A DNA stretch of 64,000 nt from Patescibacteria group bacterium (GCA_016784145.1 JADHVF010000001.1:90367-154366); one strand, 5' to 3'. Counted from the stretch's first letter, positions 6,256 to 15,844 are shown. The notes: generated by a model from the sequence alone, not told the origin. Numbers and translations: made by a program.

Positions 6256-8752
6256 ATATATTAAAATGTTTGAAACAATAACAATTACTTCTAACATGAT
6301 AGGGATAGCTTTAATAGGAATAGCCAGCATGGTTATTTTTATTATTTTAATTAAATATTTAAGAAAAATTAGTGCTTTTAAGTTTTCTTTTGAGAGAATT
6401 GTTTTATTGATTACAATTCCAAAACATTCAGGAGACAAGAACAAAGATAACCAGCAAAAATCAGCTAAAGAAATGTTAAAGCCAATGGAAGATTTTTTCA
6501 GTATTGTGGCTGGACTCAAGGCGCAGAAAGGCATAAAATCATATCTTTTTGGTAGAAGTGATGCTTTTTCATTTGAAATTGTATCTGATAAAGACGGCTT
6601 AATTTCTTTTTATTTTGTTATTCCAAAAGAATCTCAACAATTTTTTGAACAACAAATTCAAGCACAATATCCAAGTGCTAATGTAGAACAAGTGTCTGAT
6701 TATAATATTTTTATTCCCCAGGGAGAAGTAACAAGTTCTTATTTAAAACTAAAAAATTATTCAATGTTTCCTATAAAAACATACTTAAAATCAGAAACCG
6801 ATCTTTTAATTGCAGTAATAAATTCTCTAAGTCAAATTCCAAAAGAAGATGCAGCTTGTGTTCAATTTGTAGTTCAGTCAGCTAAAAAAGGTTGGCACAA
6901 TTGGGGAAGCAAGGTTGCTAGAGAGATGCAACAAGGCAAAAAGTTAGATAAAGCTATTTCAGTTGCCATGACTGGTCGTTTTATGTCTTTGATAAATAAT
7001 CTTTTAAGCTTGTTTGGAGGAGTAAAACAGTCAACAGAACAACCCAAAGAACATAAGCTTTCTCCAATGGATCAAGAGGTTATTAAATCATTGGAAGAAA
7101 AATCAAGCAAGGCAGGCCTTGATGTTAATATTAGAATTATTGTTTCTTCAAAGACAGTTCAAAAAGCAGAGATGTATTTAAATAATATTATAAATTCATT
7201 TGCTCAATTTACAACTTATGAATATGGTAATGGTTTTCTCCCAAACAAGAAAAAGCAAGCCAAAACAATTCATGACTTTATATACAGATTTCTAGATAGA
7301 AAAAGAGCTTGTTTGCTTAATGCAGAAGAAATGGCTAGTGTTTTTCATTTACCAACAGCTGAAATACAGACTCCAAATATAAATTGGCTTTTAGCAAAAA
7401 AAGCCCCGGGACCAATAAATATTCCTCAGCAAGGATTATTCTTGGGATATAATATTTTTAGGGGGGAGAAAACACCAATTAGAATTAAAAGAGGGGACAG
7501 AAGAAGACATATGTATGTTATTGGCATGACAGGAGTAGGTAAATCATGGTTTATTGAAGGACTATGCATGCAAGATATTGTTAATGGGGAAGGGGCTTGT
7601 TTTATTGACCCGCACGGAGACGCAATTGACCATCTTTTGGAAAGAATCCCTAAACAACGGGCAGAAGATGTTATTTTATTTGACCCGGCTGATATTGAGA
7701 GACCTTTAGCACTTAACTTGCTTGAATATGATACTCCTGAACAAAAAACATTTGTTGTTAATGAAGTAATGAATATTTTTGACAAACTATATGATTTAAA
7801 AGCAACCGGGGGGCCAATGTTTGAACAATATTTTAAAAATGCATGTTTACTAATAATGGATGACCCTGAATCAGGCTCAACCTTATTAGAGGTCCCAAGA
7901 GTTTTGGCTGATGAAGAATTTAGAAAAATGAAATTAGCAAAATGCAAGACAGAAGTTGTTAAGGATTTTTGGGAAAAACAAGCTCTTAAAGCTGGTGGAG
8001 AGGCTTCTTTACAAAACATGGTTCCGTATATTTCTAGTAAACTAACCCCTTTTATTGCTAATGATTTTATGAGGCCCATTATTTCACAACAAAAAAGTAG
8101 TTTAAATTTTAGTGAAGCCATGAATAATAAAAAAATTATTTTAGTAAAATTGTCAAAAGGGAAGATAGGGGATAATAATGCTTATTTATTAGGCATGATT
8201 TTAATCGCCAAACTTTTAATGGCTGCCCTGGGAAGAGGGGGCATCCCAGAAGAAGAAAGGAATGATTTTTATTTATACATTGATGAGTTTCAAAATTTTT
8301 TAACTGATAGCATGGAAACGATTTTATCAGAAGCTAGAAAATATCGTTTATGTTTAACCATTGCCCATCAATACATAGGCCAGTTAGTAAAGGCAGGGGA
8401 TACTAAATTTAAAGATGCTATTTTCGGTAATGTGGGGACAAAAGTTGCTTTTAGAATTGGAGTTGATGATGCAGAGGCCTTAACAAAAGAGTTTGCGCCT
8501 GTTTTTAGTGACAGTGATTTCTTGAATATGCCAAAATATACAACTTATACTAAACTGTTGATTGATAATGCTAATCCCCCTGGTTTTAGCATGGCCACGG
8601 TACCATTTGATGATATTCCAGGGGTTGGAGATGCTAATCCAGCCATGGCTGAAGCCATTGCTAAAATTTCCCGGCTTAAATATGGCAAAGACAGAACCAT
8701 AATAGAAAGAGAAATAGCAGACAGGGTTAATAAATTAAAAGAACTTGAATAA
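6230..8752 (+). CDS. VirD4/TraG/TraD-family (type IV coupling-protein-like) P-loop ATPase with N-terminal TM and a ~400-aa extension
   Basis: N-terminal TM helix. Walker A is GMTGVGKSW. A DPHGD block follows, and the Walker B-like region is YLYIDEFQNF...HQYIGQL, typical of TrwB/VirD4/TraG (FtsK-HerA superfamily). The start may be the ATG at 6266. Confidence 0.7.
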   Translation: MLTSIKKNKYIKMFETITITSNMIGIALIGIASMVIFIILIKYLRKISAFKFSFERIVLLITIPKHSGDKNKDNQQKSAKEMLKPMEDFFSIVAGLKAQKGIKSYLFGRSDAFSFEIVSDKDGLISFYFVIPKESQQFFEQQIQAQYPSANVEQVSDYNIFIPQGEVTSSYLKLKNYSMFPIKTYLKSETDLLIAVINSLSQIPKEDAACVQFVVQSAKKGWHNWGSKVAREMQQGKKLDKAISVAMTGRFMSLINNLLSLFGGVKQSTEQPKEHKLSPMDQEVIKSLEEKSSKAGLDVNIRIIVSSKTVQKAEMYLNNIINSFAQFTTYEYGNGFLPNKKKQAKTIHDFIYRFLDRKRACLLNAEEMASVFHLPTAEIQTPNINWLLAKKAPGPINIPQQGLFLGYNIFRGEKTPIRIKRGDRRRHMYVIGMTGVGKSWFIEGLCMQDIVNGEGACFIDPHGDAIDHLLERIPKQRAEDVILFDPADIERPLALNLLEYDTPEQKTFVVNEVMNIFDKLYDLKATGGPMFEQYFKNACLLIMDDPESGSTLLEVPRVLADEEFRKMKLAKCKTEVVKDFWEKQALKAGGEASLQNMVPYISSKLTPFIANDFMRPIISQQKSSLNFSEAMNNKKIILVKLSKGKIGDNNAYLLGMILIAKLLMAALGRGGIPEEERNDFYLYIDEFQNFLTDSMETILSEARKYRLCLTIAHQYIGQLVKAGDTKFKDAIFGNVGTKVAFRIGVDDAEALTKEFAPVFSDSDFLNMPKYTTYTKLLIDNANPPGFSMATVPFDDIPGVGDANPAMAEAIAKISRLKYGKDRTIIEREIADRVNKLKELE

Positions 8753-8756
8753 AATT

Positions 8757-9842
8757 ATGGTTATTTATAGAAAATATCGACCACAAAAATTTAAAGATGT
8801 GATTGGACAAGCCAATATTATTGAGATTTTACAAGGGCAAATAAAACAAGATAAAATAGCTCATGCTTATTTATTTACAGGCCCAAGAGGGCTAGGAAAA
8901 ACAACCATTTCTCGCTTAATCGCTAAAGCAGTAAATTGTCAAACAAGAAAAAAGGGAGAATCAGAACCATGCAATAAATGCTCAAATTGTCAAAACATCA
9001 CTCAAGCAAGATTTCTTGATTTAATAGAGCTTGATGCAGCTTCACATACAGGAGTTGATAATGTTAGGGAAAATATTATTTCAATTAGTCGTATTCCGCC
9101 ATCCGCTGGAAAATATAAAATATTTATTATTGATGAATGTCATATGCTTAGCAAGTCAGCTTTTAATGCCTTGTTAAAAACATTAGAAGAACCACCTGCT
9201 AATGTTATTTTTATTTTGGCAACCACGGAAATTTTTAAACTACCTGATACAATTATTTCAAGATGTCAGAGATTTGACTTGGCAAAAGTTTCTATTGATG
9301 AAATTATTAAAAGATTAGCTAAAATTGTTAAAGCAGAAAAAATTAGAGTTAATCCTCAAGTATTAGAATCAATTGCTATTAGAAGTGAAGGATGTGTCAG
9401 GGATGCTGAAAGTTTATTAAATCAGGTATTAGCTATTGATACTAAAAAAATAACAGCCAAACAAGCAGAATTAGTAATTCCGTTGGCTCAATCAGGATTG
9501 TTATTTGAGTTTTCATCTGTAATATTTAAAAAAAATGATGCTCGTGCAATTAAAATGATTAATGATTTTATAGATAAAGGAATGAATGTTGAACAATTTA
9601 ATACAGAATTGATTGAGTTTTTAAGAAGAATTATGCTTATAAAAATTGGCACTGTAAAACAGAGTGTTTTTTGGAAATATGATGAACAATTTTTCAAAAA
9701 AATGACTAAACTTGCCAAAGAAGTTGAATTAAATGATTTAATTTTATTTATAGAAGAGTTTATCAAAGCAAAAGTGCAATTCAGATACAATGAAATCGCA
9801 CAATTGCCTTTAGAATTAGCAGTTTTAAAAATTTGTAATTAA
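8757..9842 (+). CDS. dnaX: DNA polymerase III subunit gamma/tau (short, gamma-like)
   Basis: YRPQKFKDVIGQ, GPRGLGKTT, Zn module CQTRKKGESEPCNKCSNC, DEC box, SRCQ. 361 aa from the ATG at 8757; the ORF track begins at a TTG at 8745. Confidence 0.85.
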   Translation: MVIYRKYRPQKFKDVIGQANIIEILQGQIKQDKIAHAYLFTGPRGLGKTTISRLIAKAVNCQTRKKGESEPCNKCSNCQNITQARFLDLIELDAASHTGVDNVRENIISISRIPPSAGKYKIFIIDECHMLSKSAFNALLKTLEEPPANVIFILATTEIFKLPDTIISRCQRFDLAKVSIDEIIKRLAKIVKAEKIRVNPQVLESIAIRSEGCVRDAESLLNQVLAIDTKKITAKQAELVIPLAQSGLLFEFSSVIFKKNDARAIKMINDFIDKGMNVEQFNTELIEFLRRIMLIKIGTVKQSVFWKYDEQFFKKMTKLAKEVELNDLILFIEEFIKAKVQFRYNEIAQLPLELAVLKICN

Positions 9843-9955
9843 AAATATAATATGAGTGATTTTTTATTAGAAATAATTAGAGGAGTAATTATTTCGAGAA
9901 TTTTTCTCATATTTTTATAACTGGTAAAAAATTAGAAATAGAATAAATATATTGT

Positions 9956-10026
9956 TCGGGGGTCGTCTAATGGCAGGACATTAGGTTCTGGTCCTAAGAA
10001 TCGGGGTTCGAGTCCCTGCCCCCGAG
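9956..10026 (+). tRNA. tRNA-Gln (anticodon CUG)
   Basis: Manual cloverleaf. Acceptor TCGGGGG/CCCCCGA, D-stem GTCT/GGAC, anticodon stem TTAGG/CCTAA with loop TTCTGGT (anticodon CTG), T-stem CGGGG/CCCTG with TTCGAGT loop, discriminator G. Confidence 0.85.
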
Positions 10027-10121
10027 TTTAGATATTTTAAATTTTTTTAATAAAAAAGACTGGATTTTGATTATTTATGTGTTATAATTAATTTATATAA
10101 TTAGTATTAATTTTTAATCTT

Positions 10122-10508
10122 ATGGCATTATCTATTTTTCTGGCAAAAGTAATTGGACTTTTATTTGTAATAATGGGTCTGTTATTTTTCTTTTACAAAA
10201 AAAACTTTAAAATAATCTTTAAAGCAATAGCCAATGAAGAAGCAATGGTTTTATCTGGCTACCTTTCATTAGTGCTCGGGCTTTGCATGGTAGTTGGACA
10301 TGATTTCTGGTATGGCGGTATATGGAGAGTTATAATTACTCTTATTGGCTGGCTAGCTTTAATTAAGGGAATAGTCAGGCTTGCTTGTCCAAAATATACA
10401 GTTAAAATGATTCACAAGCTTCAAAAAAAAGACAGTATCTTGCAAGCAATGGTGGTCTTTATGATGGTGCTTGGGGCATATTTAGCATATATGGGATTTT
10501 CTTTATAA
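10122..10508 (+). CDS. Small integral membrane protein (4 predicted TM), hypothetical
   Basis: 128-aa ORF, highly hydrophobic. Confidence 0.5.
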   Translation: MALSIFLAKVIGLLFVIMGLLFFFYKKNFKIIFKAIANEEAMVLSGYLSLVLGLCMVVGHDFWYGGIWRVIITLIGWLALIKGIVRLACPKYTVKMIHKLQKKDSILQAMVVFMMVLGAYLAYMGFSL

Positions 10509-10520
10509 AATAATATAAAA

Positions 10521-10631
10521 AGGAGCGGACAATTTTGTCGCTGGGGATTAGAGGTTTTCTTTTCCTTCTTTAATCCAAGAATGCGCATGTTTTAGCCATA
10601 ATGCGTTCTTCTGTCCTCAGCGACCTTTTTA
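10521..10631 (+). promoter_or_regulatory. Candidate structured RNA / attenuator element ending in a T-run
   Basis: AAGGAG followed 8 nt later by a 12-codon TTG ORF. An 11-bp long-range stem GTCGCTGGGGA / TCCTCAGCGAC encloses ~70 nt. An alternative short hairpin AGCGGAC/GTCGCT uses the same 5' strand. Ends in CCTTTTT. Lies between the membrane-protein gene and the ABC transporter promoter. Confidence 0.25.
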
Positions 10632-10658
10632 TTATAAACATACTCCACAGAAATTTAT

Positions 10659-10686
10659 TTGACAAAATTTAATATTTTTTTATAAT
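10659..10686 (+). promoter_or_regulatory. Near-consensus sigma70 promoter TTGACA-N16-TATAAT abutting the start codon (leaderless mRNA predicted)
   Basis: TTGACA 10659-10664, TATAAT 10681-10686, ATG at 10693, only 6 nt after the -10 element. Confidence 0.5.
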
Positions 10687-10692
10687 ATTATT

Positions 10693-11622
10693 ATGATTGA
10701 AGTTAATAAACTAACAAAAAAATTCGGACATATTTTAGCGGTTGATAATGTTTCTTTTGATATAAATAAAGGAGAAGTGGTAGGATTTTTAGGACCAAAT
10801 GGAGCTGGTAAAACAACTACGATGAGAATTATCACAGGCTTTTTATCTCCGGACAGAGGAGATGTTAAAATTGTTGGCATTTCAGTAAACAAAGATCCAA
10901 TCAATGCTCGTAAATTGATTGGATATTTGCCTGAAAATAATCCACTATATGGAGATATGCTTGTATCGGAGATGGTTAATTTTACTGGAAAATTACAAAA
11001 TATAAAAAAAACAAAATTAAAAAAATCAATTGAATTTATAGTTAATGCAACTGGTATTTCAGAAATTTATTACAGACCAATTAAGGAGTTGTCTAAGGGG
11101 TATAAACAAAGAGTTGGGATTGCCTTGGCACTTTTGGGAAAACCAAAAGTTATTATTTTAGATGAACCAACCGAAGGGTTGGACCCTAATCAAAGAATTG
11201 AAATTAGAGAATTGATAAAAAATTTAGCAAAAGATAGAACTGTTATTTTGAGTACTCATGTTATGCAAGAGGCTTCAGCTGTTTGTAGTCGTTTGATTGT
11301 TATAAATAAAGGGAGAATAATAAGCGATGGTTCTCCAGAAGATATTGCTAGGTCAACTCAACCAGAAAACATCATTGTTGTTAAAATTCAAGGAAATGAT
11401 GTTCAAAAACATATTGAAAGATTGGATGATGTTCAAGAATTTGATTTATTACAATCAAATAAGGATGTTTTGGCTGCTAAAATAATAGTGAGACAAGACA
11501 GGGTTGTAGAACCTCAAATTTCTAAATTATCTCGCACATATAATTGGACTATTTGGAAAATGTATCCTCAAGAAAAACAACTTGAAGATGTATTTAGAAT
11601 TCTTACTTCGAGAAAAGATTAA
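10693..11622 (+). CDS. ABC transporter ATP-binding protein (GldA-like, ABC-2 type)
   Basis: MIEVNKLTKKFG start, GPNGAGKTT, LSKGYKQRV, ILDEPTEGLD. Confidence 0.85.
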   Translation: MIEVNKLTKKFGHILAVDNVSFDINKGEVVGFLGPNGAGKTTTMRIITGFLSPDRGDVKIVGISVNKDPINARKLIGYLPENNPLYGDMLVSEMVNFTGKLQNIKKTKLKKSIEFIVNATGISEIYYRPIKELSKGYKQRVGIALALLGKPKVIILDEPTEGLDPNQRIEIRELIKNLAKDRTVILSTHVMQEASAVCSRLIVINKGRIISDGSPEDIARSTQPENIIVVKIQGNDVQKHIERLDDVQEFDLLQSNKDVLAAKIIVRQDRVVEPQISKLSRTYNWTIWKMYPQEKQLEDVFRILTSRKD

Positions 11623-11629
11623 ATAAATT

Positions 11630-13855
11630 ATGAATAAAAAAAATATCTTAACAATTATAAAAAAAGAGTTATCAGCTTATTTTAATAATCCAACTGCTTA
11701 TGTTATTGTGGCTGCTTTTTTATTTATGGCCGAGTTTTTATTTTTCAAACAAGCATTTCTTATTGGACAAAGTTCTTTGCAATCTTTATTTTTTTTATTG
11801 CCATGGCTGTTTCTTTTATTTATACCAGCTATTACCATGGGCTCAATCTCGCAAGAAAAAAATCAATCAACTCTTGAGTTCCTTTTAACAAAACCTTTAA
11901 AAGAAATAGACCTTATTATTGGAAAGCTTTTATCATCTTTAATTTTTGTAACAATAAGTTTATCATTTTTTATTCCCATAGCAGCTAGCTTTTCTACTTT
12001 GGGAAATTTTGATTGGGGAGCATTTGTAACACAATATTTAGCAGCAGTATTTTTAGCAGGTGTTTTAATAAGTTTAGGTATATTTGTTTCAAGTTATTTT
12101 GACAATCAAATTTCATCATTTTTAATTTCTGCTATATCAAGTTTTTTTATTATAATTATTGGATTTGACATTATTACAGCTAGTTTGCCTTATTGGTTGG
12201 CAAATATTACAGGAGAATTGTCTGTTCTAACCCACTTTACTTCAATGTCTCGTGGAGTTATTGATTTTAGAGATGTCTGGTATTTTATATCTTTTGTATC
12301 GTTATTTTCAGCTTTGGCTTATTTGCGTCTAATGAAGAACAAATATAGCAATCAAGCCAAGAGATACAGGACATATAAAACAGGTATTTTATTATTTATT
12401 GGCATAGTCATCTTTACAAATATTATTGGTGCTCGCTTGCCTGGTAGAATTGATTTAACTCAAGATAAAATTTTTACATTAACAACCACAACCAAAAACA
12501 CACTGAAAGATTTAGATGATATTGTTAATATCACATTATATGTATCAAAAGATTTGCCTGCTCGTGTTAAGCCAGTTATGAATGAAATAAAATATACTTT
12601 AAATGATTATAAAAAACTAGCAAAAGGGAATATTCAGGTTGATTTAAAAAATCCAACAGTTAATCCAGCGGTTGTTAATGAAATGAGGTCATATGGAGTT
12701 AATGAAATGCAATTTAATGTTATTGAACAAGAGGAATTAAAAATAAAAAAAGGAACATTAGGAATTGTGGTTTCTTATGGTTCAAAATACGAAACAATAC
12801 CATTTGTTCAAGATACAAGAGATTTGGAATATAATTTAACTAAATTTATAACTAAATTAACAAATAAAAATAAAAAGAAAATTGTTTTTTTTGATGGTTA
12901 TGGGTCAAAAAAAATAGAAGACTTTAGCTTAATAAGACAAGAACTTGAACAACAATTTGAAGTTAGTAGTTTTGAAATTAATCTTGAAACACCAGAAGTT
13001 CCAAGTAATACTAACTTGTTAATTATTCCGGGAGTGTCAGAGCAAATTGATGAATCAGTTTTGCAAGGGCTTGATAACTATGTTAAAAACAAAGGAGCGA
13101 TTATGGTTTTATTGGACGGCGTTTTTATAAATCCTCAGGCACAGCAGATTAACAAAAATGAGACCAATTTGATATTATGGCTAAAAGATAATTACGGGAT
13201 AACATTAAATAATGATTTGGTTTATGATTTGCAGTCAAACGAGATGGTTTCTTTTGGTGGAGGATTTTTTAGCTATAGTTTACCATACCCATTATGGGTT
13301 AGGGGATTACCATTAGACAATATTCCAATCACTAATAGAATCTCTAATATTGTTTTGCCTTGGACCAGTTCTTTAAAGGTAAATGAAACAAAGGCATTGG
13401 AACAAGGATTTAATCCAATGGTTTTATTTACTACAAGTCAGTCAGCCGGGTCTATAAAAGAAAATTATAATATAGCTCCTGACCAAACTTTTCCTAAGGA
13501 TAATTTAGCTAAACAAGATTTAATAATTGCTTTAGAACCAAAGCAATTAAAATCAAATTTAGGCAGGATTATAGTGGTTCCAGATTCTGACTTTCTTTCT
13601 AATGCTCATATTCAGGGAAGTATTCAAAACAGCGCTTTTGCGCTTGAATCATCTTCATGGCTAAGTCAAGAGATATCATTGGCTGGTATAAAAATAAAAC
13701 AAAAAAATAATAATAAACTTTTATTTCAAAATCAAAATCAACCAAAATTAATTAAATATATTAATTTATCAATTAGTATCATAATCCCTTTTATAATTGG
13801 GTTTACTTATTTATTAAAAAGACGCAACAAGCAACAACTAACTTATTTGTCTTAA
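11630..13855 (+). CDS. Fusion of ABC-2 permease (GldF-like) and GldG-like ABC-type uncharacterized transport system domain
   Basis: N-terminal ~240 aa has 6 TM helices (ABC-2 permease). The remainder matches the GldG-like pattern (RIDLTQDKIFTLTTTT...ITLYVS...) and ends in a C-terminal TM anchor. Confidence 0.65.
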   Translation: MNKKNILTIIKKELSAYFNNPTAYVIVAAFLFMAEFLFFKQAFLIGQSSLQSLFFLLPWLFLLFIPAITMGSISQEKNQSTLEFLLTKPLKEIDLIIGKLLSSLIFVTISLSFFIPIAASFSTLGNFDWGAFVTQYLAAVFLAGVLISLGIFVSSYFDNQISSFLISAISSFFIIIIGFDIITASLPYWLANITGELSVLTHFTSMSRGVIDFRDVWYFISFVSLFSALAYLRLMKNKYSNQAKRYRTYKTGILLFIGIVIFTNIIGARLPGRIDLTQDKIFTLTTTTKNTLKDLDDIVNITLYVSKDLPARVKPVMNEIKYTLNDYKKLAKGNIQVDLKNPTVNPAVVNEMRSYGVNEMQFNVIEQEELKIKKGTLGIVVSYGSKYETIPFVQDTRDLEYNLTKFITKLTNKNKKKIVFFDGYGSKKIEDFSLIRQELEQQFEVSSFEINLETPEVPSNTNLLIIPGVSEQIDESVLQGLDNYVKNKGAIMVLLDGVFINPQAQQINKNETNLILWLKDNYGITLNNDLVYDLQSNEMVSFGGGFFSYSLPYPLWVRGLPLDNIPITNRISNIVLPWTSSLKVNETKALEQGFNPMVLFTTSQSAGSIKENYNIAPDQTFPKDNLAKQDLIIALEPKQLKSNLGRIIVVPDSDFLSNAHIQGSIQNSAFALESSSWLSQEISLAGIKIKQKNNNKLLFQNQNQPKLIKYINLSISIIIPFIIGFTYLLKRRNKQQLTYLS

Positions 13856-13870
13856 ACAAAACAATAAATT

Positions 13871-14425
13871 ATGTCTAAAAAATTAATAATTACATTTGCT
13901 GTTATATTTCTTTTGCTGGGGCTAATTGTTCTTTATCCTTTTATTGAAAATAGAAATACAAACAATAAAACAAAAATTGACACAAATTTTTTAGTAGGCA
14001 TAAATTTGAATTTAATTGAAAAAATAAGAATAAAATCAATTGATGAAGATGAAATTCTTTTAGAAAAAGACGATGATTTATGGTCAGTGAATGGCTTTCA
14101 AGCAGACAAGGAAATTGTAAATAATTTTTTGAATAGTTTAAAAAATATAAAAGTAGATAAAATTGTTTCAAAAAATCCAAGCAATCATAAAGAATTTTTG
14201 CTTGGGAATGACTTGGGTAAAGAAATTATTATAATCCAGGAAGATAATATAATAAGTTTTTTGACTGGGAAAAAAGGAGTTGAATACAATTCTGTTTATT
14301 TAAGATGGCCCAACCAAGATGAAGTATATCTAGTAAAAACAAATATAAATGATTTTTTGATTAAACAATCTCAAGAATGGGAGAATAAAGATATTAATGT
14401 AAATACAGATAAAAATATAGATTAA
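13871..14425 (+). CDS. Hypothetical membrane-anchored protein (possibly a short DUF4340-like partner of GldG)
   Basis: 184 aa with an N-terminal TM helix, located where a DUF4340 protein usually sits after gldG. Homology is not verifiable here. Confidence 0.4.
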   Translation: MSKKLIITFAVIFLLLGLIVLYPFIENRNTNNKTKIDTNFLVGINLNLIEKIRIKSIDEDEILLEKDDDLWSVNGFQADKEIVNNFLNSLKNIKVDKIVSKNPSNHKEFLLGNDLGKEIIIIQEDNIISFLTGKKGVEYNSVYLRWPNQDEVYLVKTNINDFLIKQSQEWENKDINVNTDKNID

Positions 14426-14506
14426 AAATTGTTTTTTAGTAAAAAAAAGTGTTATAATTTAACCTGTGTATAATTAATTACATTTAAGAAATTAATCTAA
14501 AAAAAT

Positions 14507-14881
14507 ATGGAAAAAAAGTATCTTTATTTATTAATCGCAATCATTGTGTTAATAATAATTGTTGTTGGCATGATTTCTCAGACCACAACCAAAAATCTTA
14601 CAGAAGAAGCATTAATTGATGCGACTGAAAAACAAGAAATAATTAAAACAGATTCAGAGGAATTGTTGGTTGACCCAACCAACAAAGACGCATTACTTGA
14701 TCCTTTTGGAGAAAAAATTAGTGGAGCAGAAACATTGGAAGCTAATTTAGAGGACATTGAAGAATCTCTTACAGGAGAAATAGATTCATTTTTAAATGAA
14801 CTTGAACAAATCGAAGAAGATTTAGGGGATGATAGTGCTTTAGAATCTCTTGATGATGAATTAGTTAACATTTTTGAATAA
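14507..14881 (+). CDS. Hypothetical acidic protein with N-terminal TM
   Basis: 124 aa. TM helix, then a D/E-rich tail. Confidence 0.45.
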   Translation: MEKKYLYLLIAIIVLIIIVVGMISQTTTKNLTEEALIDATEKQEIIKTDSEELLVDPTNKDALLDPFGEKISGAETLEANLEDIEESLTGEIDSFLNELEQIEEDLGDDSALESLDDELVNIFE

Positions 14882-14912
14882 AATAATAAAATAAAAAAAT
14901 AAAAATATTTTT

Positions 14913-15812
14913 ATGAAAAATAAAAACATCAAAAGCACTTTTATTATTGCTATAATTGGTACTATTTTGTCTAGCATTTTAGTTTCAGCCACATTGGCTC
15001 AGGCAGGTGATTTAAAGACCAAACAACAAATAAAAGCCCGTACTATTATGCTCGAATCTCCAACCGCTAAAAGCAAAAAACCTATATTAAAATATAAAAG
15101 CATTAAAAGTAGTTACAAGCAAGAAGTAGATGCATTTAAGAATACAAAAAAACAATTTTTAGATGCCAGGGGGAAATTCAAGAGCTTCAAAAATAAAGAA
15201 AACAAAGCAGTGCTTGAAGACAGTGCTAGGGATTATTTAAAAAAGACAATATTAGTATTAATAAAAAAAACAGAATCAATCAATGACTGGGTCTCTAATG
15301 ATAAAAGCATAGAAGACCAAGAAAAAAATAATATAATTACTGAGTTAGATTCAGATATTTCATGGCTAAATTCAATGGTTGACAATATAGATGAAGCAAC
15401 CCAAGAACAAGTAAAAGTCAAAGCAAAAGAAGTAAAAGATTACTGGAAAGAGCATCGTGTAAAGATGAAAAAAATTACTGGTCAAATCATGGCATCAAGA
15501 ATCAGTTTTCTTATTAAAAAAAGTGAATTAATTTCAACTAAAATTTCAAGCAGAATAGAAAAATTAAAACAAGCTGGTAAAGATGTTTCAGCCATAGAAG
15601 CAATTCCAAATGTTCTTAATGAGAAAATTAATTTAGCAAAAGTAAAAGCAACCTCAGCTAAAAGTACATTTTCGTCAATATCAAACTTGTCAGAGGCTAA
15701 TAATCTATTTTTAAAAGGTAGAGGGTTTGTTAGCCAAGCGCAGACATATATAAAAGAAGGCAGAAATAGTATTAAACAAATGATTTCAGCGCACAGACAA
15801 GCAAACAAGTAA
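14913..15812 (+). CDS. Hypothetical secreted K-rich coiled-coil protein
   Basis: 299 aa. Signal peptide ...VSATLAQA, then K/E-rich. Confidence 0.45.
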   Translation: MKNKNIKSTFIIAIIGTILSSILVSATLAQAGDLKTKQQIKARTIMLESPTAKSKKPILKYKSIKSSYKQEVDAFKNTKKQFLDARGKFKSFKNKENKAVLEDSARDYLKKTILVLIKKTESINDWVSNDKSIEDQEKNNIITELDSDISWLNSMVDNIDEATQEQVKVKAKEVKDYWKEHRVKMKKITGQIMASRISFLIKKSELISTKISSRIEKLKQAGKDVSAIEAIPNVLNEKINLAKVKATSAKSTFSSISNLSEANNLFLKGRGFVSQAQTYIKEGRNSIKQMISAHRQANK

Positions 15813-15844
15813 GAATACTTTATTAAAAATAATTTAAGTATATA

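Noticed and set aside
7426-8121. 231-aa minus-strand ORF antisense to the VirD4-like ATPase
   Set aside because: It overlaps the conserved Walker/coupling-protein motifs of the plus-strand gene. The composition is typical of an antisense frame.
10680-10904. 74-aa minus-strand ORF over the start of the ABC ATPase gene
   Set aside because: It overlaps the promoter and the conserved N-terminus of the plus-strand gene, so it is spurious.
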